DNA of 64,000 nucleotides from Sedimentisphaerales bacterium (GCA_034678485.1 JAXDBU010000187.1:24-64023), one strand, 5' to 3'; counted from the first letter of the stretch, positions 28,382 to 38,783 are shown. Notes: generated by a model from the sequence alone, not told the origin. Made by a program: numbers and translations.

Positions 28382-29029
28382 ATGACCCATGTCATAGGAG
28401 CAACAGAAATGAAACTACAGCAAACAAGAACACTGAGATGGACGATGTTGGTATGGTTGGCAGGCGGTCTGTTGTTCACGTCCTGCTCGTCATCCTCCAA
28501 GCCGCCGGCCGACAACGTGATGGTCTCGGCCGCTTACGTCGAAGGCGTGCCGGGCGGAACCCTGGTCAACACGTACCAGACGACCGCCACAGTGACAGGT
28601 ATCGACGTTGCCCAGCGCAAGGTGACCTTGGTCAGTTCGGACGGCACCCGGACCACCTTCAAGGCCGGGCCTGAGGTTATCAACTTCGACCAGATTCGGG
28701 TCGGTGACCAGGTGAAGGCGACGATGACGGAGGAACTTATCGTGTCCTTGCGGGGAGAACAAATGCCGCGCACCGATGGCGAGACCGTCACAGTTGCCTT
28801 GGCTCCCAAAGGGGCCAAACCAGGGGGAGTCATTGCCAACACCGTGGAGGTCACTGCCAAGGTCAAATCGATCGACGTGAAGCGACACAGAGCCACTCTC
28901 CTATTCCCGGACGGCAAATCAAGGACTTTTGCGGTCCGCCCGGATGTGGACCTGACGAAAGTGCCCCTCGGCCAAGAAGTGGCCATCTGTGCTACTGAAT
29001 CGCTGGCGATATTCGTGGAGAAGCCGTAG
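28382..29029 (+). CDS. Hypothetical lipoprotein with an internally duplicated beta domain
   Basis: Signal peptide ends in LLFTSC. Two similar modules are present: VTGIDVAQRKVTLVSSDGTRTTFKAGPEV.. and VKSIDVKRHRATLLFPDGKSRTFAVRPDV.. Confidence 0.55.
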   Translation: MTHVIGATEMKLQQTRTLRWTMLVWLAGGLLFTSCSSSSKPPADNVMVSAAYVEGVPGGTLVNTYQTTATVTGIDVAQRKVTLVSSDGTRTTFKAGPEVINFDQIRVGDQVKATMTEELIVSLRGEQMPRTDGETVTVALAPKGAKPGGVIANTVEVTAKVKSIDVKRHRATLLFPDGKSRTFAVRPDVDLTKVPLGQEVAICATESLAIFVEKP

Positions 29030-29060
29030 CCCGACAAGAAACGGGTGCTGTGGAGTACTC

Positions 29061-29588
29061 ATGAGCCACCGACGCACAAGAAGACAGGCCAGAGCAGCCG
29101 CACTGTCTCCAAGCAGGCGCCATTATCCCCGAGCAGCGGCTTTCGTTCTGGCCATAGCCGTGATCGGTTCGATTGCCTATGCGCTATGGGAAGTGAATCA
29201 CCACAATACGGGATCTCCGGCGGCGCCAGAAGCCGCTGTTCAACCGGCAAACCTACCTGCTGTTGCGGGTCAGCCCAAGGCGAACTTCCAGAGGTTGAAA
29301 GGCCGATGGCTTCGTCCCGACGGCGGGTACATTCTGGAAGTCGCCAACGTTCTGGACAGCGGCGTGATGGAGGTGTCGTACTTCAATCCACGACCGATCC
29401 GTGTGTCCAGGTCGGAAGCGTCCTGGGATGGCGCTCAGATGACGGTGTTCATCGAATTGCGGGATACCAACTACCCCGGATGCACGTATCGCCTCTTATA
29501 CCTTCCGGCCAGTGATCAACTGGCGGGGATCTACTACCAGGCAGCCATCCAGCAGCAGTTTGAAGTGGTCTTTGTTCGAATGAAGTGA
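29061..29588 (+). CDS. Hypothetical membrane-anchored protein
   Basis: ATG at 29061, an Arg-rich N-terminus, then the TM helix AAAFVLAIAVIGSIAYALW and a soluble domain of about 120 aa. Confidence 0.5.
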   Translation: MSHRRTRRQARAAALSPSRRHYPRAAAFVLAIAVIGSIAYALWEVNHHNTGSPAAPEAAVQPANLPAVAGQPKANFQRLKGRWLRPDGGYILEVANVLDSGVMEVSYFNPRPIRVSRSEASWDGAQMTVFIELRDTNYPGCTYRLLYLPASDQLAGIYYQAAIQQQFEVVFVRMK

Positions 29589-29831
29589 TTTCTTGTTTCC
29601 TCCGGTCGTGAGATGGGAATATGAGAACGACGCAGAACGACAGCATTCCGCCCGTGGGTCGCCGTGAGCGAGTGGGAGAGTTCGTTCTTCTTCTGCTGCT
29701 GGTGGCAGCGCATGGTAGTGTATCCCGTCCAGCCAACGGCGCGATGCGCCGACCGGATTTGGCGCCGCGCGACCTCCAAGCGGACGGCCAAACGATATGG
29801 ACAAAGGCAGAGAAGAGCGTGATGAGGTGAG

Positions 29832-30968
29832 ATGGTGACAACGGGGATTGGAGCAGGCTTGGAGTACGAGAGTCGCGAAGGAGGAGTCCTTCGGCTCATC
29901 ATCCGGGGCACGCTCGATGCCGAAAGGGTCGGGTCACTCTGGACGCAGATCGTCGACAAGGTCGTCCGATCCAGGCCCCCGAGAGTCGAGGTGGACGCGT
30001 GTCACATGGACGGTTGCGACGGGGTCGGAATCGCGCTGCTGCAGGAGCTGAAAGCCCGGCAGGAAGACGCGCGCCACGAGTTCCGGATCGACGGTTTGCG
30101 CAGCGAACTGGCGGAGTTGATCGCCCTTTTTGAGATAGGCCCGGCAGCCAGAACCGAACGACGTTCCCCGGCGGCCGTGCGCTTCTTTGAGACTGTGGGA
30201 GGAAGCGGGATAGGTTTCCTGAGAGACCTTCGTGCCCAGATCAGCTTCGCCGGCGAAACCGCTGCAAAGCTGTCAAGCGTCCTGATCCACCCTGGGCAAG
30301 TCCGCTGGGGCGATACCGTCCTCATTGCGGAGAAGGCCGGGGCGGACGGCGTCGGCATCACGGCACTTCTGGGCTTTCTCATTGGCCTGATCCTGGCGTT
30401 TCAGTCGGCCATCGCCATGGCGATGTTCAGCGCCCAGATCTATACCGCCGACCTGGTGGTCATCGCCACTGTCCGCGAACTGGGACCTCTCATCACCTGT
30501 TTTGTTCTCGCCAGCCGCAGCGGCTCGGCCTTTGCGGCCGAGTTGGGAACGATGAAGGTGAATGAAGAGATCGATGCCCTCAAGACGATGGGCATCGATC
30601 CGGTCCGGTTTCTGGTGCTGCCACGGATGATCGCGGCGGTCTTTGTTGTGCCGCTGTTGACCATGTTCAACAATCTGCTGGCGCTGGTCGGCTGCTTCGT
30701 CGTGATGCTCACGATCGGCTTTTCTCCGGTGATCGTCATCGACCGGCTCTATCAGGCGGCAGACCTCGTCGATCTGTTCGGGGGGCTGGCCAAGACCCTT
30801 GTGTTCGGTGGATTGATCGCCGGAATCGGATGTCTGCGGGGCCTCCAGGCCGGGACAGGAGCCAGCGCCGTGGGGGACGCCGCAACAAAGGCCGTGGTCA
30901 GCGGCATCGTCGCAATTGTCGTCGTCGACGGCGTATTCGCCGTGGTTTACTACTTCCTGGGCATCTGA
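29832..30968 (+). CDS. mlaE: MlaE-family ABC permease with a fused N-terminal STAS domain
   Basis: STAS-like VLRLIIRGTLDAERVGSLW...CDGVGIALLQEL, then the MlaE core ...VRELGPLITCFVLASRSGSAFAAELGTMKVNEEIDALKTMGIDP... Confidence 0.85.
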   Translation: MVTTGIGAGLEYESREGGVLRLIIRGTLDAERVGSLWTQIVDKVVRSRPPRVEVDACHMDGCDGVGIALLQELKARQEDARHEFRIDGLRSELAELIALFEIGPAARTERRSPAAVRFFETVGGSGIGFLRDLRAQISFAGETAAKLSSVLIHPGQVRWGDTVLIAEKAGADGVGITALLGFLIGLILAFQSAIAMAMFSAQIYTADLVVIATVRELGPLITCFVLASRSGSAFAAELGTMKVNEEIDALKTMGIDPVRFLVLPRMIAAVFVVPLLTMFNNLLALVGCFVVMLTIGFSPVIVIDRLYQAADLVDLFGGLAKTLVFGGLIAGIGCLRGLQAGTGASAVGDAATKAVVSGIVAIVVVDGVFAVVYYFLGI

Positions 30969-30975
30969 GACTGCG

Positions 30976-31761
30976 ATGACTGAGACGCAAGGAAAATCGA
31001 TCATCCGAGTCGAGGACGTGACCGTCGCCTATGGCGATTTCGTCGTGATGCGCGACATCAACTTCGAGGTCGAGGTGGGTGAGATATTTGTCATCCTTGG
31101 TGGTTCCGGGTGCGGCAAGAGCACCCTTCTCAAGAGTATGATCGGACTGAATGCCCCAACCAAGGGTCGTGTGCTGATCGACGGTAAGGACATCGTCACC
31201 GCCGAAGGAAAGGATGAGCTGGCAATTCTTCGCAAGATCGGCGTCATGTACCAGCAGGGGGCGCTCTTCGGTTCCATGAATCTGCTGGAGAATATTTGCC
31301 TCCCCCTGGAGGAGTTCACAGACTTGCCCCGCAGTGCGAGGGAGACGATTGCCCGGACGAAGCTCAAAGTGGTAAACCTGGACGGCGCCGAGTACAAAAT
31401 GCCCTCCGAACTCAGTGGCGGGATGCGAAAGAGAGCCGCCATTGCCCGGGCGATGGCCCTCGACCCGAAGATTCTGTTTCTCGATGAGCCCTCGGCGGGG
31501 CTCGATCCCATTACCTCATCACAGCTTGACGAGTTGATCCTGAAGCTCTCCCGGACCCTTCGGATGACCTTTGTCGTTGTGACCCATGAACTGCCCAGTA
31601 TCTTCAAGATAGCCGACCGGGTCATCATGCTGGACAAGAGAGTCAAGACGATTGTCGCCACCGGCAGACCGAGCGACCTTCGCGACCGGAGCGACAACCC
31701 CTGGGTCCGGCAGTTCTTCAACCGGGAAGCCGAGGCGGTCGCGGAGTCTCGGCAGACATAG
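30976..31761 (+). CDS. mlaF: ABC transporter ATP-binding protein (MlaF-like)
   Basis: Walker A GGSGCGKST, signature LSGGMRKRAAIARA, Walker B ILFLDEP. Confidence 0.9.
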   Translation: MTETQGKSIIRVEDVTVAYGDFVVMRDINFEVEVGEIFVILGGSGCGKSTLLKSMIGLNAPTKGRVLIDGKDIVTAEGKDELAILRKIGVMYQQGALFGSMNLLENICLPLEEFTDLPRSARETIARTKLKVVNLDGAEYKMPSELSGGMRKRAAIARAMALDPKILFLDEPSAGLDPITSSQLDELILKLSRTLRMTFVVVTHELPSIFKIADRVIMLDKRVKTIVATGRPSDLRDRSDNPWVRQFFNREAEAVAESRQT

Positions 31762-31818
31762 CTGACAGAAGGTACTTGTGGACGGCACAATTATTGACAT
31801 CCTATCGGACAACAAATC

Positions 31819-32898
31819 ATGAAAGCGAACTACTTCAAGTTCGGCGTCTTTCTCGTCATCGCCACGGCTCTGATTGTGGCGGCCACCGTGGTTCTGGGGG
31901 CCGGTTTGTTTGAACCTGAGGGCGAGTATTTTGAAACCTACTTTGACCGGTCCATCGGGGGCCTGGGCGTGGGTGCGCCGGTCGAAATGCAGGGTGTGAA
32001 GATCGGCAAGGTCGAGAGCATCGGGTTTGCGAGGGAGGTCTACGACATTCCCCCCGACCTTGCAGCAGCATTGGGGGAGGCACGCTTGGTACGGGTCACG
32101 TTCTCCGTCGAGCGGCGGTTTGCAGGAGAATTGAGTGTCGGGGAGCGTCGAGCCAGACGCAGCCGTGAACTGCACAGCGGCCTTCGAATGCGACTGGAGT
32201 CCAATCTGATCACAGGGCAAGGCTATCTCCAGGGGACGTATGTGGATCCGAACCGCTTCCCCGTGCCGAAATTGGCCTGGGAACCCCAATTCCCGTTTGC
32301 ACCCTCAGTGCCCAGCCAATTTGCGACCTTGGCTGATTCCATCGACCGCATCCTCGCCAGGCTCGACGAGCTCGACCTCCAGAAGTTGTTCGATCACGTC
32401 GATGATCTCATCGTAGCCACCAACGGAGCCGTCGAAGACGCAAACATAGCGGAGTTGCGGGAGCAGGCGACGGGATTGCTGATGGATGCCCGCAGCAAAG
32501 TCCAGGCGATCGATGCGGAGAAGATCGGACAACAGATCGAGGGCACTCTGACTGCACTGGATCGGGCGATTACAGACGCCAATCTGGCTGTGCTCGCTCA
32601 TGAGGTGCAAGCTCTCTTTGCTGAGGCGAGGGCGACGAACAAACATCTCCAGGAACTGCTCGCTCGTCCCGACAAAGATAAGGAACTGGCCAACATCGCT
32701 TTGTTGGTCGACGAATTGAATACGACCATGCGCCGTGTCAACCTTCTGATTGCGACACAGGCGCCGAGAATCGAGGGCACTCTCGAGAACTTCAGGAAGA
32801 TCTCGGTCGATGTGAAGGATTTGGGTGAGAATCTCAAACGAAATCCTTCGGACTTGTTGCTGAGTTCACCCCCCCGGGAATCGGAGCTACTGAAATGA
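31819..32898 (+). CDS. mlaD: MlaD/MCE-domain substrate-binding protein with a long helical C-terminus
   Basis: N-terminal TM helix, then an MCE domain (..GLGVGAPVEMQGVKIGKVESI..), then a coiled-coil tail. Confidence 0.85.
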   Translation: MKANYFKFGVFLVIATALIVAATVVLGAGLFEPEGEYFETYFDRSIGGLGVGAPVEMQGVKIGKVESIGFAREVYDIPPDLAAALGEARLVRVTFSVERRFAGELSVGERRARRSRELHSGLRMRLESNLITGQGYLQGTYVDPNRFPVPKLAWEPQFPFAPSVPSQFATLADSIDRILARLDELDLQKLFDHVDDLIVATNGAVEDANIAELREQATGLLMDARSKVQAIDAEKIGQQIEGTLTALDRAITDANLAVLAHEVQALFAEARATNKHLQELLARPDKDKELANIALLVDELNTTMRRVNLLIATQAPRIEGTLENFRKISVDVKDLGENLKRNPSDLLLSSPPRESELLK

Positions 32899-33515
32899 CA
32901 AGAGCCTTTTTGACACCCTCTGTATGTGTAAACCTGGTCTTTCTCATGGCTGCCCTGTGTCCCGGATGCGCCGGCCGTCATTCCTACGCCAAGCGTCAAT
33001 TCGTCCTCGAAGCCTCACGGCCGGCCCGACTCACTGACTCGAGCCGTGATCTCGTGTTGGCCGTCCGGACCTTCACGGTTGATCCCGTCTGCGATTCCCG
33101 AGGTCTGCTGTACCGCAAGGGCGAATCCGAATACGAATCGGACTTCTACAACGAGTTTCTCGTCGCGCCACAAGATCTCATCAGCAGCCAGACCCGCAAC
33201 TGGCTGGCGCAGTCCGGGATATTCCAGACGGTCCTTGAGCCCGGGAGTCTGATCGAGGCCACCCACATCCTGGAAGGCAACGTGCTGGTCATGCATGGGG
33301 ATTTTCGAGAGCAGGGTTTACCCAAGGCTGTCATGCAGATTCGTGTTTTCGTGGTCACGAACAGGGGTTCCGAGCCGCAAATTGTCTTCGCGCGCGACTA
33401 CCGGGCTTCCCACCGAGCGGAAGAACAGACTGCTGAGGCTCTGGTAGCGGCCTTCAATCGGTGTCTCGAGCAGATTCTCTCCGAATTGGAGGAGAGCCTG
33501 CGCGAGGCACTTTGA
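32895..33515 (+). CDS. ABC-transport auxiliary (PqiC/DUF330-like) lipoprotein
   Basis: Overlaps the mlaD stop by 4 nt. It has a Cys-containing signal peptide (LMAALCPGCAG) and the size and pattern of PF03886-type components. Confidence 0.65.
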   Translation: MTRAFLTPSVCVNLVFLMAALCPGCAGRHSYAKRQFVLEASRPARLTDSSRDLVLAVRTFTVDPVCDSRGLLYRKGESEYESDFYNEFLVAPQDLISSQTRNWLAQSGIFQTVLEPGSLIEATHILEGNVLVMHGDFREQGLPKAVMQIRVFVVTNRGSEPQIVFARDYRASHRAEEQTAEALVAAFNRCLEQILSELEESLREAL

Positions 33516-33536
33516 TTCACCTGGGGGATATCCGGC

Positions 33537-35216
33537 TCACATCAGGTTGACGATGATGCTGCCCATCACCGTCAGGAACACGTTGGAGAAGGCGTACGGT
33601 GCGGCGAACCCCAAAGCGAGCGTCCTGCTCTGTGCTTCCTCCTGAAGAGCGTTCATAGCCTGGGGTATGACTCTGGCTCCCGTCAGTGCTCCAAGCAACA
33701 GGATGGGGTTCATCCGGAGTATGAATCGGCCGAAGACCACACCGGCCAAGATCGGAACGACCGCGACTGCGATACCGCAGAGGAAAATCGTCAAGCCGTC
33801 GCTCTGCATGGCCTCCAGGGCGGTCCTGCCTGTCGCAAGTCCGATGCAAGCCGCGAAGAGGCTCAGACCGAGGTCGTTCAGAATCCACTGCGCGCCGTCT
33901 GGGATCTGACCGAACGTAGGGCGTTTTGAACGCAGCCATCCGCAGATCAGCCCGGCGGCTAATACGCCGCCGCCGGCGCCGAGGGTGATGGGAATCCCGG
34001 CAACGGATACCACGAGCATTCCGATCAAAGTGCCGAGAAAACACCCGAGTCCGAGCATTACCATATCGGTCGCGGCCGAGTACCTCTGGGGATAACCCAG
34101 TGACTGGCCGGCTCGTTCCACGTCTTCCCTGCGGCCGACCAGGTGCATGATGTCGCCCTTGTTGACGACCGTGTTCATCAGAAGAGGGAGTTCACGTCCC
34201 TGTCGTGTCATTTTGGTCAGGAACAGGCCCCGGGCGCCTTGCAGCCGTCCGATCTGGCCGAGCGTCTTTCCAATCACCTCGGGGCTCAACACGTAGATAT
34301 CCAGAGACTCTCCCATCATGTCGATCACTGTGGCGACATCGACTTCCCGGCCGATGATGTCGGACGCCCGGACGAGACTCTCCTGCTTTCCCGCGATGAC
34401 CAGAATGTCTTCCGTCTCGATGCGCATTTTCGGATCGGCGTCGAGCAGTTGTTCTCCGCGTTTGAGATGACAGATGGCGACGCGGGTCGGGAAGAGCCCT
34501 TCGACCGCTCCAACGGTGTTCCCCGCGATTCCCGGTGCGCTGGGCAGATAGGCTCGCAGCCCCACCTGCCTGGACCACGAAAACAAATCCGGGCTCTGGG
34601 GCTCTGATCCGCCCCCCATGGTCTCCTCCAGTCTCCTGGCCTCGTCCTTGAGGTTCCACTGGAAGAGACCGGGCAGGCACTTGATCAGGAACACTACCCC
34701 CACAACGCCGAAGAGGTAGGTGATCGCATAGGCGAGGGTGAGGTTGTCATGGAGAATCTGTTTCTGGGTCGCCGAAACCGCGAGCTGATCGATGGCTCCG
34801 TCCGCGGTACCGATGGCTGCGGACTGGGTCATCGCGCCGGCAAACAAGCCGGCCGTGGTGCCCTCGTCCAAATTCAGAAACGTACCGAGAACCACAGCGG
34901 AACAAAGTCCGGCAGAGGCGACAACGATGGAAATCCCCAGGTACCTCAGGCCGTCTTTACGGAGAGACCCGAAGAACTGCGGGCCCACCTGGTACCCTGT
35001 GCAGAAGGTGAAGACCGCGAAGCCGACGCTCTTGAGCAGCGGTGATACCTCGGCGCCGAATTGCCCCAGCGCCATGGCAACCAGGAGCACGGATGCCGTG
35101 GTCCCGACGCCGAATCCCTTGATCTTGATTCTGCCGACAAGATACCCCATCGCCAGCGACAGGAACACCAGCACGTCCGGATTCCTCTTTGCTAAGTCAC
35201 TGATCGATTCGACCAT
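33537..35216 (-). CDS. Aspartate:alanine exchanger (AAE, YidE/YbjL/AspT) family transporter with two RCK_C domains
   Basis: Starts MVESISDLAKRNPDVLVFLSLAMGYLVGRIKIKGFGVGTTASVLLVAMALGQ. Duplicated TM bundles flank central TrkA_C-like segments. Confidence 0.85.
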   Translation of the reverse strand: MVESISDLAKRNPDVLVFLSLAMGYLVGRIKIKGFGVGTTASVLLVAMALGQFGAEVSPLLKSVGFAVFTFCTGYQVGPQFFGSLRKDGLRYLGISIVVASAGLCSAVVLGTFLNLDEGTTAGLFAGAMTQSAAIGTADGAIDQLAVSATQKQILHDNLTLAYAITYLFGVVGVVFLIKCLPGLFQWNLKDEARRLEETMGGGSEPQSPDLFSWSRQVGLRAYLPSAPGIAGNTVGAVEGLFPTRVAICHLKRGEQLLDADPKMRIETEDILVIAGKQESLVRASDIIGREVDVATVIDMMGESLDIYVLSPEVIGKTLGQIGRLQGARGLFLTKMTRQGRELPLLMNTVVNKGDIMHLVGRREDVERAGQSLGYPQRYSAATDMVMLGLGCFLGTLIGMLVVSVAGIPITLGAGGGVLAAGLICGWLRSKRPTFGQIPDGAQWILNDLGLSLFAACIGLATGRTALEAMQSDGLTIFLCGIAVAVVPILAGVVFGRFILRMNPILLLGALTGARVIPQAMNALQEEAQSRTLALGFAAPYAFSNVFLTVMGSIIVNLM

Positions 35217-35500
35217 GTCTTCCCTCTCGCGAGAATAGGGTTGATGGATTCAAGCCGGATGGCGATGTCGGGCTCGAGACGATCGTACCCGGTGTTGCCC
35301 TGGTTCCCTGCTTGTCGAGCCTCAGGACGACATGTGTCGGCGTCTCCGGTCCGACTTCAGGCCTTGTGCTCCTGCACGATATGCGCCCTATGATACCTGT
35401 GGGCCGCGTCGGATTTCAATAGTTCTGGAGGTCGCTTTCGGCCTCTACCCTCTTCTGAACCTGTCATCCCGCCGTATCGCCGCTTCTTCACGCATAAGTA

Positions 35501-35525
35501 CTCGTGCAACAATGGTTTGCACGAG
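35501..35525. promoter_or_regulatory. Perfect 9-bp inverted repeat (candidate operator or hairpin)
   Basis: CTCGTGCAA (35501-35509), 7-nt spacer, TTGCACGAG (35517-35525). It lies in the 1-kb divergent intergenic region. Confidence 0.3.
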
Positions 35526-36213
35526 CTGAAACCCTGGGACGCGACCGCACAATCGGAGAGTTCATGTCTGGGGATCACTGCACGGCGCTGGCGGTCTTCT
35601 ATGACTCCTCGATGCTCACTCCAAGTGGGGAACTTGTGATGCCCGTGACAGAATTATGTGGTTCTGACATTGACAAGAGATTCCCGATGATAGTATCCTG
35701 GCACCGACTGTGTCATGCACTATGTCTCAATGACTTGAAGACGTCTCTCATACAGAAAGTGCGGAGAAGTCTCGCAGAAGTGAGGTCCTGTCAATCAGGG
35801 CGACATTCAAGGGATCAGAAGGTTTACCAGGTCACCCAGGTGTGGGTTCTGCTTTCGGGATGGGACTGCCGTCACACCCGATTTCCATGCGTCACGTCAC
35901 GCAGATGGCCATGGTTTATGTCGTCGCCCCCTTTGAACCGGAGACCGTCGTCACAGTTTGGTCGGGAAAGAGAGACTCATGGATGGACAAGTCGCGACAA
36001 TGGATCATCGTGGCCAGAGCGATCATCTGCGGGGATTCGTTGCGTCCCTGCCCGGCTGCGGTTTCACCTCCTGCCGGTTGCCCATTCCTTCCATGTTGCC
36101 TTCCGGACTCCCGTCCAGCGGCAGGACGGCGTCCGGAATACGATCCCCTCCGGGAATCGCCTGGCGTGACTTGCCAAGGATAGGGACTGAATTCTTTTGA
36201 GAGGGGAATAACC

Positions 36214-37821
36214 ATGAAACGAACGTCAAGCGTCATTTCGAGGTCGGCCCGCGTGCTCGCACTCGGGGTCCTATCGGCATACTTGGCGGCCCCAGTCACC
36301 GCGGGGCAGGGCCAGAAGCCGAACATCCTGGTCATTATGGCCGATGACATCGGCGTCTGGAACATCAGCGCCTACCATCGTGGCATGATGGGCGGGCGAA
36401 CGCCCAACATCGATCGCCTCGGGAAGGAGGGGGCGTTGTTTACGGACTACTATGGCCAGCAATCCTGCACGGCGGGGCGTGCCGCGTGGATCCTCGGCCA
36501 GTGTCCTTTCCGCACCGGGTTGCTCAAGGTGGGCATGCCTGGCGCCAAGCAGGGCATTCAGGACAAGGACCCCACGATTGCCGAGCTGCTCAAGCCGCTG
36601 GGCTACGCCACGGCCCAATTCGGCAAAAACCATCTCGGCGACCGCAACGAGTTCCTGCCGACGGTGCACGGCTTCGATGAGTTCTACGGCAACCTCTACC
36701 ATCTCAACGCCGAGGAAGAGCCGGAAGACCCGGACTATCCGAAGAATCCGCAGTTCAAGGCGACCTTTGGCCCGCGCGGGTTGCTTGACTGCAAGGCCAC
36801 GAACGTGGACGACCCGACGGTGGACCCGCGGTTCGGCAAGGTCGGCAGGCAGACCGTCAAGGATACCGGCCCGATCACGCGCAAGCGCATGGAGACCGTC
36901 GAGGACGAGCTGGTCGCGCGATCGACGGACTTCATGGGCCGGTCGGTCAAGGCCGGCAAGCCGTTCTTCATCTGGCACAACACCAGCCGCATGCACGTGT
37001 GGACGCGTCTCTCTCCGAAATGGGAGAACAAGAGCGGTTACGGCCTCTACGCCGACGGCATGATGGAGCTCGACGACGTCGTCGGGCGACTGCTCCAGAA
37101 GCTCGACGACCTCGGCATTGCCGACAACACGATTGTCTTGTTCACGACCGACAACGGCGCTGAGATCATGACGTGGCCCGACGGTGGCAACACGCCGTTC
37201 CACGGCGAGAAAGGCACGACCTGGGAGGGCGGCATGCGCGTGCCGGCACTCGTCCGGTGGCCCGGCGTCATCAAGCCGGGGACGATCTTCAACGAAGTCA
37301 TGGCACATGAAGATTGGATGCCTACCTTCGTCGCAGCCGCGGGCGATCCCGAGGTGAGGCAAAAGCTCCTCAAGGGCTACACGGCCGGCAACAAGACCTT
37401 CAAGAACCATCTCGATGGCTACAACTTCCTGCCGTTCTTCAAGGGCGAGGTGGAAAAGGCGCCGCGCCGCGAGATCTTCTACTTCGACGACAACGCGAAC
37501 CTCAACGCGATTCGCATCGACGACTGGAAGATCAACTTCAAAATCATGCAGGGGAACATTGCGTACGGCACGATGATCCAGCCCAACATGCCCATCGTGG
37601 AGAACCTGCGGGCGGACCCGTTCGAGCGGTTTGCCTTCGAATCCGGGATGTATGGCCGCTGGACCGGCGATAAGCTCTGGATGTTCGTCCCCGCCCAGAT
37701 GGTCGTCGGCAAGTTCGTCGAGAGCCTCAAGGAGTACCCGCCCAGCCAGAAATCCGGGAGCTTCAGCGTGGACCAGGTACTGGAGGTGCTCCAGACTGGC
37801 GGCGCCGGCACCGGCAAGTGA
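36214..37821 (+). CDS. Arylsulfatase, paralogue of 21066..22679
   Basis: Signal peptide present. KPNILVIMADDIG, SCTAGRAAWILGQ (36466-36480) and GKNHLGDRNEFLPTVHGFDEFYGNLYHLNAEEEPED are nearly identical to the first copy. Confidence 0.9.
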   Translation: MKRTSSVISRSARVLALGVLSAYLAAPVTAGQGQKPNILVIMADDIGVWNISAYHRGMMGGRTPNIDRLGKEGALFTDYYGQQSCTAGRAAWILGQCPFRTGLLKVGMPGAKQGIQDKDPTIAELLKPLGYATAQFGKNHLGDRNEFLPTVHGFDEFYGNLYHLNAEEEPEDPDYPKNPQFKATFGPRGLLDCKATNVDDPTVDPRFGKVGRQTVKDTGPITRKRMETVEDELVARSTDFMGRSVKAGKPFFIWHNTSRMHVWTRLSPKWENKSGYGLYADGMMELDDVVGRLLQKLDDLGIADNTIVLFTTDNGAEIMTWPDGGNTPFHGEKGTTWEGGMRVPALVRWPGVIKPGTIFNEVMAHEDWMPTFVAAAGDPEVRQKLLKGYTAGNKTFKNHLDGYNFLPFFKGEVEKAPRREIFYFDDNANLNAIRIDDWKINFKIMQGNIAYGTMIQPNMPIVENLRADPFERFAFESGMYGRWTGDKLWMFVPAQMVVGKFVESLKEYPPSQKSGSFSVDQVLEVLQTGGAGTGK

Positions 37822-37924
37822 CAGGAGGGCCGGGGGACCGGAAAGTGAACTGACATAACGATGGCACGTGGCTGCCCAATAGAAGGGAACCCATGTTTCC
37901 CAACGAGCAATTGAGGAGAATCTT

Positions 37925-38656
37925 ATGAAGACAAGTCGGAAGGTAATGGCGGCCACTGGCGTCCTGCTGGTGGTCGCGTCAGTGGTCTGTGCCCAGGAGA
38001 AGGAATGGAGCTTCGAGGTCACACCCTATTTCTGGGCCGCGGGTATCGAGGGGGATTTCACGACCAGTGACGACACGGAGTACGATATCGACATGAGTTT
38101 CGACGACCTGTTCGACGCAGTGGATGCTGGTGCGGGCGTGATGACCACGGCCCAGTACGACTCCTATGTGATCTGGGGTCAGTTCGACTACGTCGGCATG
38201 GATTCGGATCAGTTGGATCCCGCTCCCTCGGGTGGCTCGATCCAGACGGATAGCTTCATGGGGGCGCTGGCCGTGGGGTATCAGTTCGCCGGACCGTTCA
38301 AGAACTCCACGATCGATGTTCTCGGTGGTGTGCGATATGCCGGGATGAAGAACGAAGTGGACATCACCGGCGTGGGGAGCGACGAGGACAGCCTCGACAT
38401 CGGCGACGGCATCTTCGTGGTGCGTCCCTGTGTTCCGATCACCCAGAAGCTGCGGTTCAATCCGACGTTTGTCGTTGGCGCAGGCGACTCCGATCTGACC
38501 TGGGAGCTCCAGCCGTGCGTCCAGTATCAGTTCACGGACCATATGGGTGTGCGTTTCGGATATCGCCGCGTGCACTACGATGTGGAAGGCGACCATGGCA
38601 ACACGTTTGACGCCGCGTTCCAGGGCTTGTTCGTGGGTGTCAGTCTGCTGTTCTGA
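37925..38656 (+). CDS. Small outer-membrane beta-barrel protein, paralogue of 24838..25566
   Basis: EVTPYFWAAGIEGD...WGQFDYVGMD...GLFVGVSLLF. Confidence 0.65.
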   Translation: MKTSRKVMAATGVLLVVASVVCAQEKEWSFEVTPYFWAAGIEGDFTTSDDTEYDIDMSFDDLFDAVDAGAGVMTTAQYDSYVIWGQFDYVGMDSDQLDPAPSGGSIQTDSFMGALAVGYQFAGPFKNSTIDVLGGVRYAGMKNEVDITGVGSDEDSLDIGDGIFVVRPCVPITQKLRFNPTFVVGAGDSDLTWELQPCVQYQFTDHMGVRFGYRRVHYDVEGDHGNTFDAAFQGLFVGVSLLF

Positions 38657-38783
38657 TCGGCCGGGTCGAACTGCGGCAGAATGAGTGAATGGCAAGGGCG
38701 ACCTGAAACAACGGAGGATGTACAGAAAGAAGGAGACGATACACGATTGGGAAGCCCGGTGGGGGCTATCCCCAGGAACTCAG

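Noticed and set aside
35504-36169. 221-aa plus-strand ORF, plus other ORFs (35332..35529, 35357..35578, 35916..36365), in the 1-kb gap before the second sulfatase.
   Set aside because: There are no motifs, the composition is irregular, and the ORFs overlap each other in different frames. I treat the region as non-coding.
37862-37876. TGGCACG-tggc-TGCC upstream of the second small OMP gene, as a sigma-54 promoter.
   Set aside because: The GG-to-GC spacing is one nucleotide short of the invariant -24/-12 geometry, and the paralogous OMP gene (24838) has no counterpart. Similar off-spacing hits at 22770-22790 and 36160-36175 were also discarded.
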